Source: Candidatus Moanibacter sp. (GTDB lineage: Bacteria > Verrucomicrobiota > Verrucomicrobiia > Opitutales > UBA2987). From it: 64,000 nucleotides of DNA. The DNA lies in assembly GCA_965215885.1 (NCBI GenBank), contig CBDCEW010000087.1, forward strand, positions 36,309-100,308. The letters run 5' to 3'. Each line of letters opens with the position of its first letter. The first letter of the stretch is position 1. The position numbers and the translations under genes were made by a program. The notes beneath the pieces are model-generated. The model saw only the letters and a list, made by a program, of their open reading frames with translations. It was not told the origin of the DNA and searched no databases. Of this stretch, positions 30,979 to 41,286 are shown piece by piece.

Positions 30979-32739
30979 CTAGTCCTCCGTAATATCCATG
31001 AGCTGCATTCTCAAAAATTGGGACAATTCAGTCTCCGAATTGGTCGTGTGGCGCGAAAATCGGGGTTGTCGCGAACAGCGCAAATGCACAACCGAGAAAG
31101 GCAAGGGTAGGAGATGTCTGTCCCATGTCCTGAGACGCCAAGCGGATTTTGAGCCGGCCGAGATCATGAGAATCGGCGCATCGGAAATCCGGGCGATAAA
31201 CATCGCTCCTCTCTTAAATTCGTATAATGGCCCGCTCGGACCATCGGGAGTTATGCCGATATCGTCTCCCGATTTAAAATTTGAGAGCAACTCTCTGGTT
31301 GCGGCGATAGACCTTCGGCTGCTGGAGCCACGGATTGTCCGATAGCCCATCGCTTTACAAAATGCGTCAACCCAAGCCGCCATGCGGCTCGGGCTGATCA
31401 GGCAACTAAGCCTTCCCGGCCTGCGATATCGACGTAGAATCTCAGTAAAGAGCAAGAAACGGTTGTGCCAACCAACGAGCAACATTGCTTCATTTCTATC
31501 GGAAAGCCACTCTTTCTCTTCTTCAACAATCTCAAACCGTAAGGTGCTGAGATAGAGCCGAATCAACTGACAGAGAGGCCAGAAGATTGCTCTGCGCCAA
31601 CCAGATATACGGAAGACGCGTCCACTCAGAAACGGTTTGGGGCTTTTGGCGCAATCAGTGGCGGCGGCTTTGAGAAAGCGCAACACCTTGTCTACCTGTA
31701 CTTTCCTGGAGAAATTCTCCTTTACAAACGGTCGAGCGCGACTGCCGAACTTTCTACGCAGATTCGAGTCGTCGTGCAACTCAATCACCGCCTTAAGGAA
31801 GGCCCCCGAATCATGAGGAGGTATGAGAAAACCTGTCTCGCCAGGCTTAAACGCTTCTTTCACTCCGCGTGTATCCGAGGCGATCACGGGAAGTCCCGCG
31901 GCCTGGGCCTCAATCAGGAAATTCGGCAGCGAATCCTCCATAGAAGTCGTCACGGCAACGTCGGCCGCCGCGTAGAAGTCACCGACCTCCTCCTGGTAGC
32001 CGAAAAAGCGCATGCGCTTCTCCACTCCAAGCTTCCGCGCAAGCAGACGACAACGGCTACTCTCTTTCCCATCGCCCACAATCCAGAGCTGCCAATCCCT
32101 TCTAACATCCAGTTGCGAGAATACCCTTATCAGAGTCCGATGCCGTTTGCCCCGTCGAAATTCGGCAACGTTTAGATACACGCAGGTGGCAGACGACGCT
32201 CCAAACTGTTCCCTCACCTTTGTTCGCTTCTCCGGGTCGGTGTAAGCCGTCTCCGGAAGTGCCAAAGCATTGTATATCACTTCGACTTTGCCCGCCTCGA
32301 TCCCGCTTTTGATCAACTGGTTTTGCCACCAGCGCGAATTCACTAAAATCGCTCTTACCCGCCCTAAGGACCATCGGTAAATGAGGGAAAGTTCCTTTCC
32401 AGTTCTGACGGAACCAACTACGGATACATCGTGATACTTTCTCTGAATGAAACCGGCGTAACAGTTAGCCATGCGTCCCATGCACAGAATCACGTCTGGC
32501 GCATCTTGGCCCACTTTGCGCAGGAGTCCCGGCGCGAAGAAGGAGTACCCCAAATCCCGCTTCTGTAACGCTGCGTGGACCACGCCGAGATTCTTCAGAC
32601 GTTCAGCCAACTCGCCGCCGGGACGAAAAGTCAGCACCGAAACATCGTTTCCTTCTCCCTGAAAGTAATCAGCCAGAAGCACGGCCTGCTTCTCGGTCCC
32701 CCCCCATCGCAGATAGTCCTGGATTATTACAATTTTCAC
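30979..32739 (-). CDS. GT4 glycosyltransferase fused to a DUF374/LPLAT-like acyltransferase domain
   Basis: GGTEKQ...EDSLPNFLIEAQAAGLPV, then WHNR, IRGSSSRR, ITPDGPSGP and TWDRHLLPLPFS in one frame. Confidence 0.85.
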   Translation of the reverse strand: MKIVIIQDYLRWGGTEKQAVLLADYFQGEGNDVSVLTFRPGGELAERLKNLGVVHAALQKRDLGYSFFAPGLLRKVGQDAPDVILCMGRMANCYAGFIQRKYHDVSVVGSVRTGKELSLIYRWSLGRVRAILVNSRWWQNQLIKSGIEAGKVEVIYNALALPETAYTDPEKRTKVREQFGASSATCVYLNVAEFRRGKRHRTLIRVFSQLDVRRDWQLWIVGDGKESSRCRLLARKLGVEKRMRFFGYQEEVGDFYAAADVAVTTSMEDSLPNFLIEAQAAGLPVIASDTRGVKEAFKPGETGFLIPPHDSGAFLKAVIELHDDSNLRRKFGSRARPFVKENFSRKVQVDKVLRFLKAAATDCAKSPKPFLSGRVFRISGWRRAIFWPLCQLIRLYLSTLRFEIVEEEKEWLSDRNEAMLLVGWHNRFLLFTEILRRYRRPGRLSCLISPSRMAAWVDAFCKAMGYRTIRGSSSRRSIAATRELLSNFKSGDDIGITPDGPSGPLYEFKRGAMFIARISDAPILMISAGSKSAWRLRTWDRHLLPLPFSVVHLRCSRQPRFSRHTTNSETELSQFLRMQLMDITED

Positions 32740-32904
32740 CTATCCGGAAGAAAGACAAAATTAGTCTCCACAGACTGCCGAACTTCACTCAAAATGGGAA
32801 CTTCAATTTCACGGATTCAAGTGTCATCTAACCCAGCCGCTTTCAAATAAGTCAGCTTCCGCATGGATTGATATCCGTGCTGAATATCTCATTCCAAATT
32901 CCCC

Positions 32905-34041
32905 ATGCACCAGAACGGATTATCAGCCTCCCGAGTAATCATCATAACGCACGAATTCTACCCGCGTAAAGGCGGCATTTCGACCTACGTACAGGAAATG
33001 GCGAAGAGCCTTTCTCTCGCCGGGGTGTCCACTACGGTGTGGGCTCCCAGCCATCCCGCAATTGAGACACAGACTTTTCCCTACCCGATTCGAGAACTGC
33101 CCCTGAAAGGCACCCAGAACTGGTCCTGCCGTATGAAGCTGGCCCGCGAGTTCCTCCGATCTCACGCCGAGCTAAGAGACGAAATCCTCTACCTGCCCGA
33201 GCCCGGACCCATCAGGGCGATGCTCTACCTCCAATTCTTTAAAGCATTCGCGCCCAGGCGCCTGGTACTCACCCTGCACGGTACGGAGATACTTCGTCTC
33301 TCAAGTCCGATTCATCGAAAGCTACTCTTTGAACGTCTTTTGCGGCGCGCAAATCGCATTGGAGTAGTGTCACGAAACGTGCATGCACTCTTGGAGGAGA
33401 GATTTCCCTCGTTGCAATCCAAGTCGCGACTCACTTCTGGCGCACTCCGGTCGGACCTTTCCTATGAAACTTCCTGGAGGAAAAGTAATCCGGAATTTAC
33501 AACGATCCTTACAGTTGGCCGTCTCCACCAGCGAAAAGGCCAACTCTGTCTGCTCAAAGCGATTAACCGGTTATCCGACAGCGCAAAAGAGAAAATCCTC
33601 CTGCGCTTTGTAGGGCCGGAGAACAATAAACGATATGCAGCACAAGTCCGACAATACGCCAATCGAAACCAACTGAGGGTGTCTTTTGAAGGTGAAGTCA
33701 GCGATGAGAGCCTCAGTGATTGCTACCGGGATGCCGACATTTTTGCACAAACCAGCATCCAGTATGGAAAGAGCATTGAAGGATTTGGGCTAAGCTATCT
33801 CGAAGCCTCGGCTTTTGGCCTTCCCATCATCGCTTTTCGAACAGGAGGTGTTAGTGACGCGGTGGTGGATAATAAGACCGGCTTGCTCTGCGAAGCGGGC
33901 GCGATCGAAGATCTCGCCAGGAACATTCGCCGATTGATTTCGGGGAGGGATCTCAGAAAACGTCTGGGCCAAGCGGGAAGAGTATGGGCATCGAAATTCT
34001 CATGGAAACACAATGTGGAGGAGCTCTTTTCTGGACTGTGA
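32905..34041 (+). CDS. GT4 glycosyltransferase
   Basis: EFYPRKGGI, VGRLHQRKG and EGFGLSYLEASAFGLP. Confidence 0.9.
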   Translation: MHQNGLSASRVIIITHEFYPRKGGISTYVQEMAKSLSLAGVSTTVWAPSHPAIETQTFPYPIRELPLKGTQNWSCRMKLAREFLRSHAELRDEILYLPEPGPIRAMLYLQFFKAFAPRRLVLTLHGTEILRLSSPIHRKLLFERLLRRANRIGVVSRNVHALLEERFPSLQSKSRLTSGALRSDLSYETSWRKSNPEFTTILTVGRLHQRKGQLCLLKAINRLSDSAKEKILLRFVGPENNKRYAAQVRQYANRNQLRVSFEGEVSDESLSDCYRDADIFAQTSIQYGKSIEGFGLSYLEASAFGLPIIAFRTGGVSDAVVDNKTGLLCEAGAIEDLARNIRRLISGRDLRKRLGQAGRVWASKFSWKHNVEELFSGL

Positions 34042-34210
34042 CCAGAAAATTTCGGAAGAAGGTTATTTACACTGGGGAAGAAATCCATTTTTTTCCTAGC
34101 AGTGTATCCTCAAATTTCCGAGTCGGGCGAAACTTTTCAACTTGCTTTGAGTTGTTAAGAATCGGCAACCTATTGGCAAACATCTACGATTCGATAAGCA
34201 TTCTAAAACC

Positions 34211-35437
34211 ATGAGCAGCCTTCGACTGGACACCCCACCTTCACCTGTTCTCGCACCACCGAAACCCCTTCGCACAGTGCTTAAACGCTGCCGTGACGAT
34301 CAATCGACGAAACTGCGGCTGAAGTACAATCCCTTCTATCACACGATCGAAAGGCAGATCGGCTCCCGCGTCATCGTTGACGGGCGTGAGATGATAATGC
34401 TCAGTAGTAACGACTATCTTGGGCTGACCGATCATCCGAAGGTCATAGAGGCCGGAAAATCCGCCTTGGAAAAGTGGGGAAGTAGTACGACCGGCTCCCG
34501 CATGGCGAATGGCAGCCGAAAATACCATATCGAATTGGAAGAGAAAATGGCGGTTTTTCTCGGTAAAGAGGCCTGCCAAATTACGACTGCCGGCTACCTT
34601 TCCTGTATGTCTTCCGTAGCCACTTTTGTCAGGAAAGGAGACCTGATTCTGGTCGACCGAAACGCTCACTCTTCCCTCTGGTGCGGCATTGGCCAAACAG
34701 GCGCCCGGGTGGAGCGCTTCAGTCACAACAGCCCCGAGGACCTCGTCGAAATCCTGAATCTGGAATCTCGTGAAACACCAAAACTCCTCGTCATCGAAGG
34801 CGTTTATTCCATGGAAGGCCATATCGCGAGGATACCCGAGTTCCTCGAAGTTACTTGTGAACAGAACTGTTTCATAGTCATTGATGATGCTCACGGTGTC
34901 GGAGTTCTCGGAAAATCCGGTCGCGGAACAGCCGATCATCTCGGAGTCACGGATGATGTAGACATCATTGCCGGCAGCATGTCGAAAGCCCTATCGAGCA
35001 CGGGGGGGTTTGTTGCCGGTTCAAAGGAAGTAATAGAATATCTCCGGACCAACTCGAAACAGACGATTTTCAGCGCTGCCATCAGCCCTTGTCAGGCAGC
35101 CTGCGCAGAAGCAGCACTCGACGTTCTACAAACCGAGCCTGAACATTTAGAGAGACTTTGGAAAAACACGCGATTCTACAATAGTGTCCTGGCAAAGTTG
35201 AATCTCGACACGTGGGACTCTGAAACCCCCGAGGTCCCGATCGTACTGGGTAGTAAAGACCGGGCATATCGCATGTGGAAATCACTCATGGAACGGGGTA
35301 TCTTTACGGTAATGGCTCCTTCTCCGGCAGTCAGTCCGGGGAAGGACCTGATTCGGACGTCGATCTCTGCCCGGCATACCAAGGAGGATCTCGAGATCAT
35401 TGCCGACGCCTTCACCGATATTGCTGGGCGTCTCTAA
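34211..35437 (+). CDS. Alpha-oxoamine synthase, serine palmitoyltransferase-like
   Basis: SNDYLGL, GSRMANG, DRNAHSSL, EGVYSMEG, DDAHGVG, GSMSKA (PLP lysine) and IFSAA. Confidence 0.8.
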   Translation: MSSLRLDTPPSPVLAPPKPLRTVLKRCRDDQSTKLRLKYNPFYHTIERQIGSRVIVDGREMIMLSSNDYLGLTDHPKVIEAGKSALEKWGSSTTGSRMANGSRKYHIELEEKMAVFLGKEACQITTAGYLSCMSSVATFVRKGDLILVDRNAHSSLWCGIGQTGARVERFSHNSPEDLVEILNLESRETPKLLVIEGVYSMEGHIARIPEFLEVTCEQNCFIVIDDAHGVGVLGKSGRGTADHLGVTDDVDIIAGSMSKALSSTGGFVAGSKEVIEYLRTNSKQTIFSAAISPCQAACAEAALDVLQTEPEHLERLWKNTRFYNSVLAKLNLDTWDSETPEVPIVLGSKDRAYRMWKSLMERGIFTVMAPSPAVSPGKDLIRTSISARHTKEDLEIIADAFTDIAGRL

Positions 35438-36503
35438 TTTGGGCACCGACGAATTTCAAGGCCTCGAGAAGATCGTCCTGGCGCGTCCGGACCGGATTGG
35501 CGACGTGATCATCACCAGCGCCTGTCTGAAACCAATTCAACAGGCGCATCCGCAATGCCGGACTCATCTACTCTTGCGGCGGCCTCTGGCTCCTTTATTC
35601 GCGGAACACCCGCTCCTCGAAGCAGCCATTCCGATTCCGGAATTCGAAGATTCCGCCCAAAGCGACGCCGCTGAACTTACCAGGATTTTCAAGCGGCACA
35701 AATTCGATTGCATCGTTCATCTTAATCACGATCCAGGAATTTACCTCGCCGCCAAGCGCGCCGGTATCCGCTACCGGGTTGGGTACGGGACCGGAAGTGA
35801 AGCTTCATCTCTCACGCATGCGGTAGAGGATAAGCGATCGGAAGGACGCAGGCACGAGGCACTCTACAATCTGGATCTTCTACGTCTTCTTAATATCGAG
35901 GCGCCGCGTATCTTCCGTCCTTTCATTTCTCCCTCCGAGTCCGCAAAGAGAAAAATTCCACTGATTCTCCCAATTTTGGAGAACGATCGGCCATACGCGG
36001 CCCTCCACCTCGCTGCCCATGGAAGTAAGGCGCGTATGCCGGTGGGAGTCATGGCGAAGATTGCCATTTGGTTGGGCCGAGAGCGTCACCTCGACATCGT
36101 AATCGTGGGTACCGAAGTCAACGATCCAGCCCTTGGTACCCTCAAGAAAGATCTGCCGGACAACGTTTCCATCTGGGATCTGACGGGGAAAACCAATCTG
36201 GACGAGCTGGCCTGGATACTGAGCAGAGCAAAAGTTTTTCTCGGTCGTGACAGCGGTCCGGCGCATATCGCCGCAGCTATGGGTTGCCCGACGGTCACGA
36301 TCATGGGTCCGCACAAAAAAAAGTCGACTTCGACTCGGTGGGCGCCACTGGGAGAGCGGGTAGGAATCGTCGAAGGCCCTGCCAATCCCCGCTTCTTCGA
36401 GACCGCTCGGGCATTTCAGCAACGCTACTTTTCTTCTATCGACGTTGAGGAGGTTAAAGCGGAAATCAGCGAATTGACCGGAGTTCCTCAAAGGCTGCTA
36501 TGA
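35400..36503 (+). CDS. GT9 (heptosyltransferase-family) glycosyltransferase
   Basis: RPDRIGDVI, DLTGKTNL and DSGPAHIAAA. Start uncertain. Confidence 0.88.
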   Translation: MPTPSPILLGVSNLGTDEFQGLEKIVLARPDRIGDVIITSACLKPIQQAHPQCRTHLLLRRPLAPLFAEHPLLEAAIPIPEFEDSAQSDAAELTRIFKRHKFDCIVHLNHDPGIYLAAKRAGIRYRVGYGTGSEASSLTHAVEDKRSEGRRHEALYNLDLLRLLNIEAPRIFRPFISPSESAKRKIPLILPILENDRPYAALHLAAHGSKARMPVGVMAKIAIWLGRERHLDIVIVGTEVNDPALGTLKKDLPDNVSIWDLTGKTNLDELAWILSRAKVFLGRDSGPAHIAAAMGCPTVTIMGPHKKKSTSTRWAPLGERVGIVEGPANPRFFETARAFQQRYFSSIDVEEVKAEISELTGVPQRLL

Positions 36504-37689
36504 GCTGCCCGGTATTCTTCCTTCCGTCATAGTTCTGCTCCACCCAGCGCCGCGCCGCGCCGCTCACTTTCTCATAGAAGTGATCGTCATTCCGTACGGC
36601 TTCCACAAACTTGAACCAGGAGCTACTATCGTTCCAGTCGATCAGACCTCCCGTTATTCCCGGCTCGATCGCTTCTACGACTCCCGCAACCGGGCTGGCG
36701 AGTACAGGAACACCAACCGCCATGGCCTCCACCAAAGCGTTCGGCAATCCGGGTCGATCTCCACTATCGGCCACTTTCCCAGTATAGAGAAAGAGATCCG
36801 CCCATTCGAACTGTTTCAGAACTTCATCAAAAACCATGCTCCCCACCAGTTTAATCTCCTCTTCCAATCCCAATTCCGCCACCTGCTTTTGGAGCGATCG
36901 TCTTAACCGCCCTTCCCCCACAATCCGGGCTTCGAAGCTGACCTTCTTTTCCTTCAAACCCGCATAGATTTTCAATTGATCGAAGTACCCCATCTTCTCA
37001 ACCAGTCGGCCTACGCTCAGGATTCTTATTGGTTCGCGGGGACTTCGCATTCCCCCGTTCGGCGGAATATCGTCAAAGCCTCGCCGTATAAGCAGGACGT
37101 TCTCCGGATTATCCGAGAGTTCAAGAAGATGACGACGCGTGGCATCGCTTGAAGTATGAACGAATTGAGAATTTCTCAGTTTTTTCTCCAATAGCCAATC
37201 GCCGCCATTTTCGAATACATCGTAGGCGTGGGCTCCCATGGAATACGGAATCCCCGTCAATCCAGCCAGGAAAAACGCGGCGGTAGCCGGCATGGTTGAC
37301 CATACGGCATGAAACAGATCCGGACCCTCTACCTCGAAGCGACGGGCATAAACAGTCGCAAAACAAAGACCGATCAGGGTTTCGCCCGCGTTCAACAGTG
37401 AAGGCATGGGATTCCCAACAAGACTTCTTATCACTTCCAGGAAAGCGCGAGGTCTGCGAAAAGACCAATAAGGAAGCCACCAGACAAGAGCGAGTATTTT
37501 CCATTTAGGAAACTTGCCTACTGCCATTCCTTCAAATTCGCTTGAGCCTCCCCATAACGAATACAACGAAAGTTTGATCCGCATCGTTCTCAGAACACGC
37601 ACTTCCCTTTGAAGAAAAGTCTCCGTGAGAAGGGGAAAGGAAGTAAACAGGTAGATTACCCTTACCGCTTCCGTTTTCTGTCCGCCCAT
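36466..37689 (-). CDS. GT4 glycosyltransferase (WcaL-like)
   Basis: FPLLTETFLQRE, AHAYD, VGRLVEKMG and GDRPGLPNALVEAMA. Confidence 0.88.
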   Translation of the reverse strand: MGGQKTEAVRVIYLFTSFPLLTETFLQREVRVLRTMRIKLSLYSLWGGSSEFEGMAVGKFPKWKILALVWWLPYWSFRRPRAFLEVIRSLVGNPMPSLLNAGETLIGLCFATVYARRFEVEGPDLFHAVWSTMPATAAFFLAGLTGIPYSMGAHAYDVFENGGDWLLEKKLRNSQFVHTSSDATRRHLLELSDNPENVLLIRRGFDDIPPNGGMRSPREPIRILSVGRLVEKMGYFDQLKIYAGLKEKKVSFEARIVGEGRLRRSLQKQVAELGLEEEIKLVGSMVFDEVLKQFEWADLFLYTGKVADSGDRPGLPNALVEAMAVGVPVLASPVAGVVEAIEPGITGGLIDWNDSSSWFKFVEAVRNDDHFYEKVSGAARRWVEQNYDGRKNTGQLIAAFEELRSIR

Positions 37690-37887
37690 TTGACTAATTA
37701 GCCCGCTTTTCTCACAGATTCCGGACAATCCTTTCCGCCGCTAAGACATATTGGCCCAGATTTCCGCATCTCAAGCACTCTTGAAGTTCTCTTCCACCAA
37801 AATTCAGTTTCATTTTCTTGTTTCTAGCAGCCTTTCGGAATGAAACAGAGTAAATCTTTCGAAAGAGGCATAAAGTCCGACAGGCTG

Positions 37888-39087
37888 CTAGGTCTCGTTG
37901 GCGAGACTGATTAGTTCATCGACAAAGGTCGGTGGACTGTCTTGGGATCTTAACGCCAATAACCGCTCCATGCAGGTTTGGTAATCATCGGAAATCGCCA
38001 TCCAATCATGGATGAGATCATCGAATTCATCCATATTCGCAACCAACCTGGCGGCTTTCAGCTTGAGAAAATACTCCATTGTTAAACGCTCCTGAGGCAT
38101 ACTTCCACCAAGCGTTTGAAATATGATGGGACAGCCGAAAAACAAAGCCTCAGAAGCGGTATTCGCCCCTCCACGCGTGACGACTGCGTCGCTCACTTGC
38201 ATCAACTGATGCACCTGGCTGCTATACCCTTCCAGGTAAAATTGAAAATGGGCATGCCGCTTTTTCCAGGCCTTTAAACGTGAATAGGCGTCTGCGTTGC
38301 CTCCACAGATCGCAACTGCCTGAATATTCCCCTGATATCTAACGAGGATTTCCAGAAATTTCTCGTGGTCATTCGCTCCCTCTCCGCCGGCCGCCAGCAG
38401 TACCGTAAACTTGCCGGCTGCCAATCCCAAGATCTCTTTTCGAAACTCCTTCCTCCCCTCTCCTTCCAGCACTTTGGAAAAGGCTTCCGGGGGCAGGAAA
38501 TTCTGGAGCAGTTTGGTCCTTTGAGGTGGAACGCCCAGGATTAAGGCATGTGCTCGTGCCTCTTCAGTACGCGCACAAAAGAGGTTCACATCCGGATCAA
38601 CCCAATGTCTGCTGTATCCCCTCCCGCTCGTGTACTCACCGCAGTAGGTCGCACATACGATGGAATCTCTTCTCAGCAGTTTACGGGCGGCTTCAAAGTA
38701 TCCTCGATTCGTAGAGTCGTGAACGCTCAGAATAATATGCGGCCGATAAGCGAGTATCAGTTTCCGGAAATATGAGTACCCGAAGATTCCCAAGCGGTTG
38801 TTCAGCGCTCCAAATCCCTCTACCACCCACCAGTATACGTTGTGGAGAAAGGGTGCCGTCTTTTGAATCCAATTATACAGTTCGACGCCAAACTTCAGCA
38901 GCAATGAGGAGTTTTCCAGGAGCCTTTCTATTTTAACGTCAATCCTGTCGCCGTGAAGCTTATGCACCCAGGCTCGAAATGTGAATGCCCGCGCATCGTG
39001 TCCTCCCCCGGTGCTCGAAGTTAGAACCAGAATTCTCAATTTAGGAGTCTGTCGGATTTTGTGATTCGATTGCTTTGCAAATACCAA
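37888..39087 (-). CDS. MGDG-synthase/GT28-like lipid glycosyltransferase
   Basis: ILVLTSSTGGGHDARA, AICGGN, LMQVSDAVVTRGG and MPQE. Confidence 0.82.
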   Translation of the reverse strand: MVFAKQSNHKIRQTPKLRILVLTSSTGGGHDARAFTFRAWVHKLHGDRIDVKIERLLENSSLLLKFGVELYNWIQKTAPFLHNVYWWVVEGFGALNNRLGIFGYSYFRKLILAYRPHIILSVHDSTNRGYFEAARKLLRRDSIVCATYCGEYTSGRGYSRHWVDPDVNLFCARTEEARAHALILGVPPQRTKLLQNFLPPEAFSKVLEGEGRKEFRKEILGLAAGKFTVLLAAGGEGANDHEKFLEILVRYQGNIQAVAICGGNADAYSRLKAWKKRHAHFQFYLEGYSSQVHQLMQVSDAVVTRGGANTASEALFFGCPIIFQTLGGSMPQERLTMEYFLKLKAARLVANMDEFDDLIHDWMAISDDYQTCMERLLALRSQDSPPTFVDELISLANET

Positions 39088-39105
39088 AGTCCGACCGACA
39101 GACTC

Positions 39106-40374
39106 CTAGTAGGCTCCGAATAGCAACGCCACATTTGCGCCCCCAAATCCGCTACTGTTGCTCAGCACAATTCTCGGTGCCGTCTCCCGTGTTTCCCCGA
39201 TGATTTCGAGCTCCTTCGCTTCAGGTTCCAGATGTTCTATATGCGCCGAACCGGGCATGAAGTGTTCCTTGATGCACAATACCGAAAATGCAGCTTCCAT
39301 GATGCTTGCAAACGATAATCCATGTCCGGTGAGAGCCTTCGTGCTGCTGACGGACGGTTGCCTTCGCCCATTACGAAACGCCCTCAACAACGCTCGCGTT
39401 TCCGAGATATCACCGTTTGGTGTCGAGGGCGCGTGAGCGTTGACGTAGTCTACTTCCTGAGGTGATACCTCAGAGCATTTGAAAGCATTCTCGATCGCTA
39501 ATGAGAGACCTTCACCCTCCGGATGGGATATCACCATATGGTACCCATCTGAAGCCTGCCCCCACCCTAAGAATTCAGCATATATCGAAGAGTTTCTTTT
39601 ACGCGCTACTGCTTCATTCTCCAAAATTATCGCGACCGCGCCTCCCGTTCCGACAAATCCGTCACGATCACGATCAAAGGGTCGAGAAGATCGGCTCGGA
39701 TCCGTCGATTGTGAGAGCACACGCAAACTGGCAAAAGGAAGTATGCTCTCGAGATTTCCGTCTTCCGCACCCACAACTATCATCCGATCCTGCCTCTTGT
39801 TCGCTATTTCTTCGAATGCGTAACCGAGAGCATGTCCTGAAGACGAACATGCCGAAGTGAATCCCGTGGAGGCCCCCTTGATCTTAAAGGTGGCGACCAA
39901 ATTGAAATTCAAGGTTCCCGCCACCGAGGAGATGATACCCATTGGGGAACAACGTTGGACACCCACTTCAAAAAGCCGGCTCAGATAGCGATGAATATTT
40001 GAAACGGAACCGGCCGATGCGGCGAACAAGCCGGTCAGGGGATGCGATACCTGCTCCTCCGCAATCCCCGCGTCTCTCAACGCTTGGACCGTTGCGCAGT
40101 GGGCGTATAGACCGTGCGGAGAAAATGCCCTGAGATTCTCGAGGCGAATCTTGTAGTCTCCCGGATACGACCAGTCTTCCGGATCAATGGAATCGGTATC
40201 GAACCCCTTTACAGGAGCGGCAACTTTTACCGGAATGCCCTTATCTTGAAAAGGTGGATACAGAATAATCCCGTGTCGGAGCTCTTTCAGGTTCTCTACG
40301 ACCGTTTTCCGGTCGTTGCCGATGCACGTAATAAAACCCAACCCGGTTACCACAACTTTCGGTCTGTCACCCAC
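39106..40374 (-). CDS. Beta-ketoacyl-ACP synthase (FabB/FabF family)
   Basis: VVVTGLG, SACSSS (Cys), NAHAPST and TGH (His, His), SRPFD and SGFGG. Confidence 0.92.
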   Translation of the reverse strand: MGDRPKVVVTGLGFITCIGNDRKTVVENLKELRHGIILYPPFQDKGIPVKVAAPVKGFDTDSIDPEDWSYPGDYKIRLENLRAFSPHGLYAHCATVQALRDAGIAEEQVSHPLTGLFAASAGSVSNIHRYLSRLFEVGVQRCSPMGIISSVAGTLNFNLVATFKIKGASTGFTSACSSSGHALGYAFEEIANKRQDRMIVVGAEDGNLESILPFASLRVLSQSTDPSRSSRPFDRDRDGFVGTGGAVAIILENEAVARKRNSSIYAEFLGWGQASDGYHMVISHPEGEGLSLAIENAFKCSEVSPQEVDYVNAHAPSTPNGDISETRALLRAFRNGRRQPSVSSTKALTGHGLSFASIMEAAFSVLCIKEHFMPGSAHIEHLEPEAKELEIIGETRETAPRIVLSNSSGFGGANVALLFGAY

Positions 40375-40393
40375 TGAATAAACTCCCTAGCGT

Positions 40394-41233
40394 CTATTCC
40401 TTATACTTGAAAGTTAATGCGAGCTCCTGGATAAAGGCAACTCTTTCCCCCACCGTTGTTATTGCTCCTTCAAATACAGCCAGCGGTTTCCGGACCCGGC
40501 ACAATTTGATCCGTAAATCGAGGGCGTCCCCGGGCTTGCATACCCGATAGCACCGCACGCCATCACAGGAGCCAAACATTATCTGGTTTGGGTCGACACT
40601 TCCGCCGAGCTTTGCGTTCGTATTCTTAATGAGGAAAAGCACGGCAAGCTGACCCAGGGCTTCGATCATTATTGAGGCCGGGAACACTGGATTTTCCTTA
40701 AAATGCCCTTCCAGAAACACCTCATCACCCTGAATGCGATACAGCCCTTCTGCTTCATCCTCTTTTATGACCGCCTCGTGCAGAAACAGAAAGGGATGCT
40801 GGTATGGGACGATCGCAGCGATCTCTTCCAATACGAGGTGCATCGGTCTCTCCGGCATTGGTATTCCCTCTATTTTACAATGGATCAGAGTCTTTACATC
40901 ACCTAGCGTTTTCAACTCCAGCAATTCATCATTCTGAATGGAGAGGTTGAGCGTCTCCTCTACCAACATCACAATCTCGAGCATCATCAGGGAATCGACA
41001 CCGAGATCCTCCACCACCCGAATGTCATCGTCTCCATCACTCAATTTTGAGCGAAATTCCGGCTCTACAAATCGCTCAATTATACCCAGAACTATTGTGG
41101 GCAGATACTTGCTGTCTCCGCACCTTCGATATTCGATGGCCGCCTCGACCGTTTCTTCTGAACAACGTCGCAGCGACTCCCTAAACTGCTCTTCCAGTTC
41201 CAGAGAAGAGCTGTTCTTCTCTTCGATTTTCAT
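40394..41233 (-). CDS. Acyl carrier protein - FabA/FabZ dehydratase fusion
   Basis: DLGVDSLMMLEIV (phosphopantetheine Ser), followed by PYQHPFLF and HFKENPVFPASIMIEALGQ. Confidence 0.85.
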   Translation of the reverse strand: MKIEEKNSSSLELEEQFRESLRRCSEETVEAAIEYRRCGDSKYLPTIVLGIIERFVEPEFRSKLSDGDDDIRVVEDLGVDSLMMLEIVMLVEETLNLSIQNDELLELKTLGDVKTLIHCKIEGIPMPERPMHLVLEEIAAIVPYQHPFLFLHEAVIKEDEAEGLYRIQGDEVFLEGHFKENPVFPASIMIEALGQLAVLFLIKNTNAKLGGSVDPNQIMFGSCDGVRCYRVCKPGDALDLRIKLCRVRKPLAVFEGAITTVGERVAFIQELALTFKYKE

Positions 41234-41286
41234 CAGATTAGATCCTCTGCACGGTTCCTGAAGGATCGCTACTTGGAACCTGTTCG

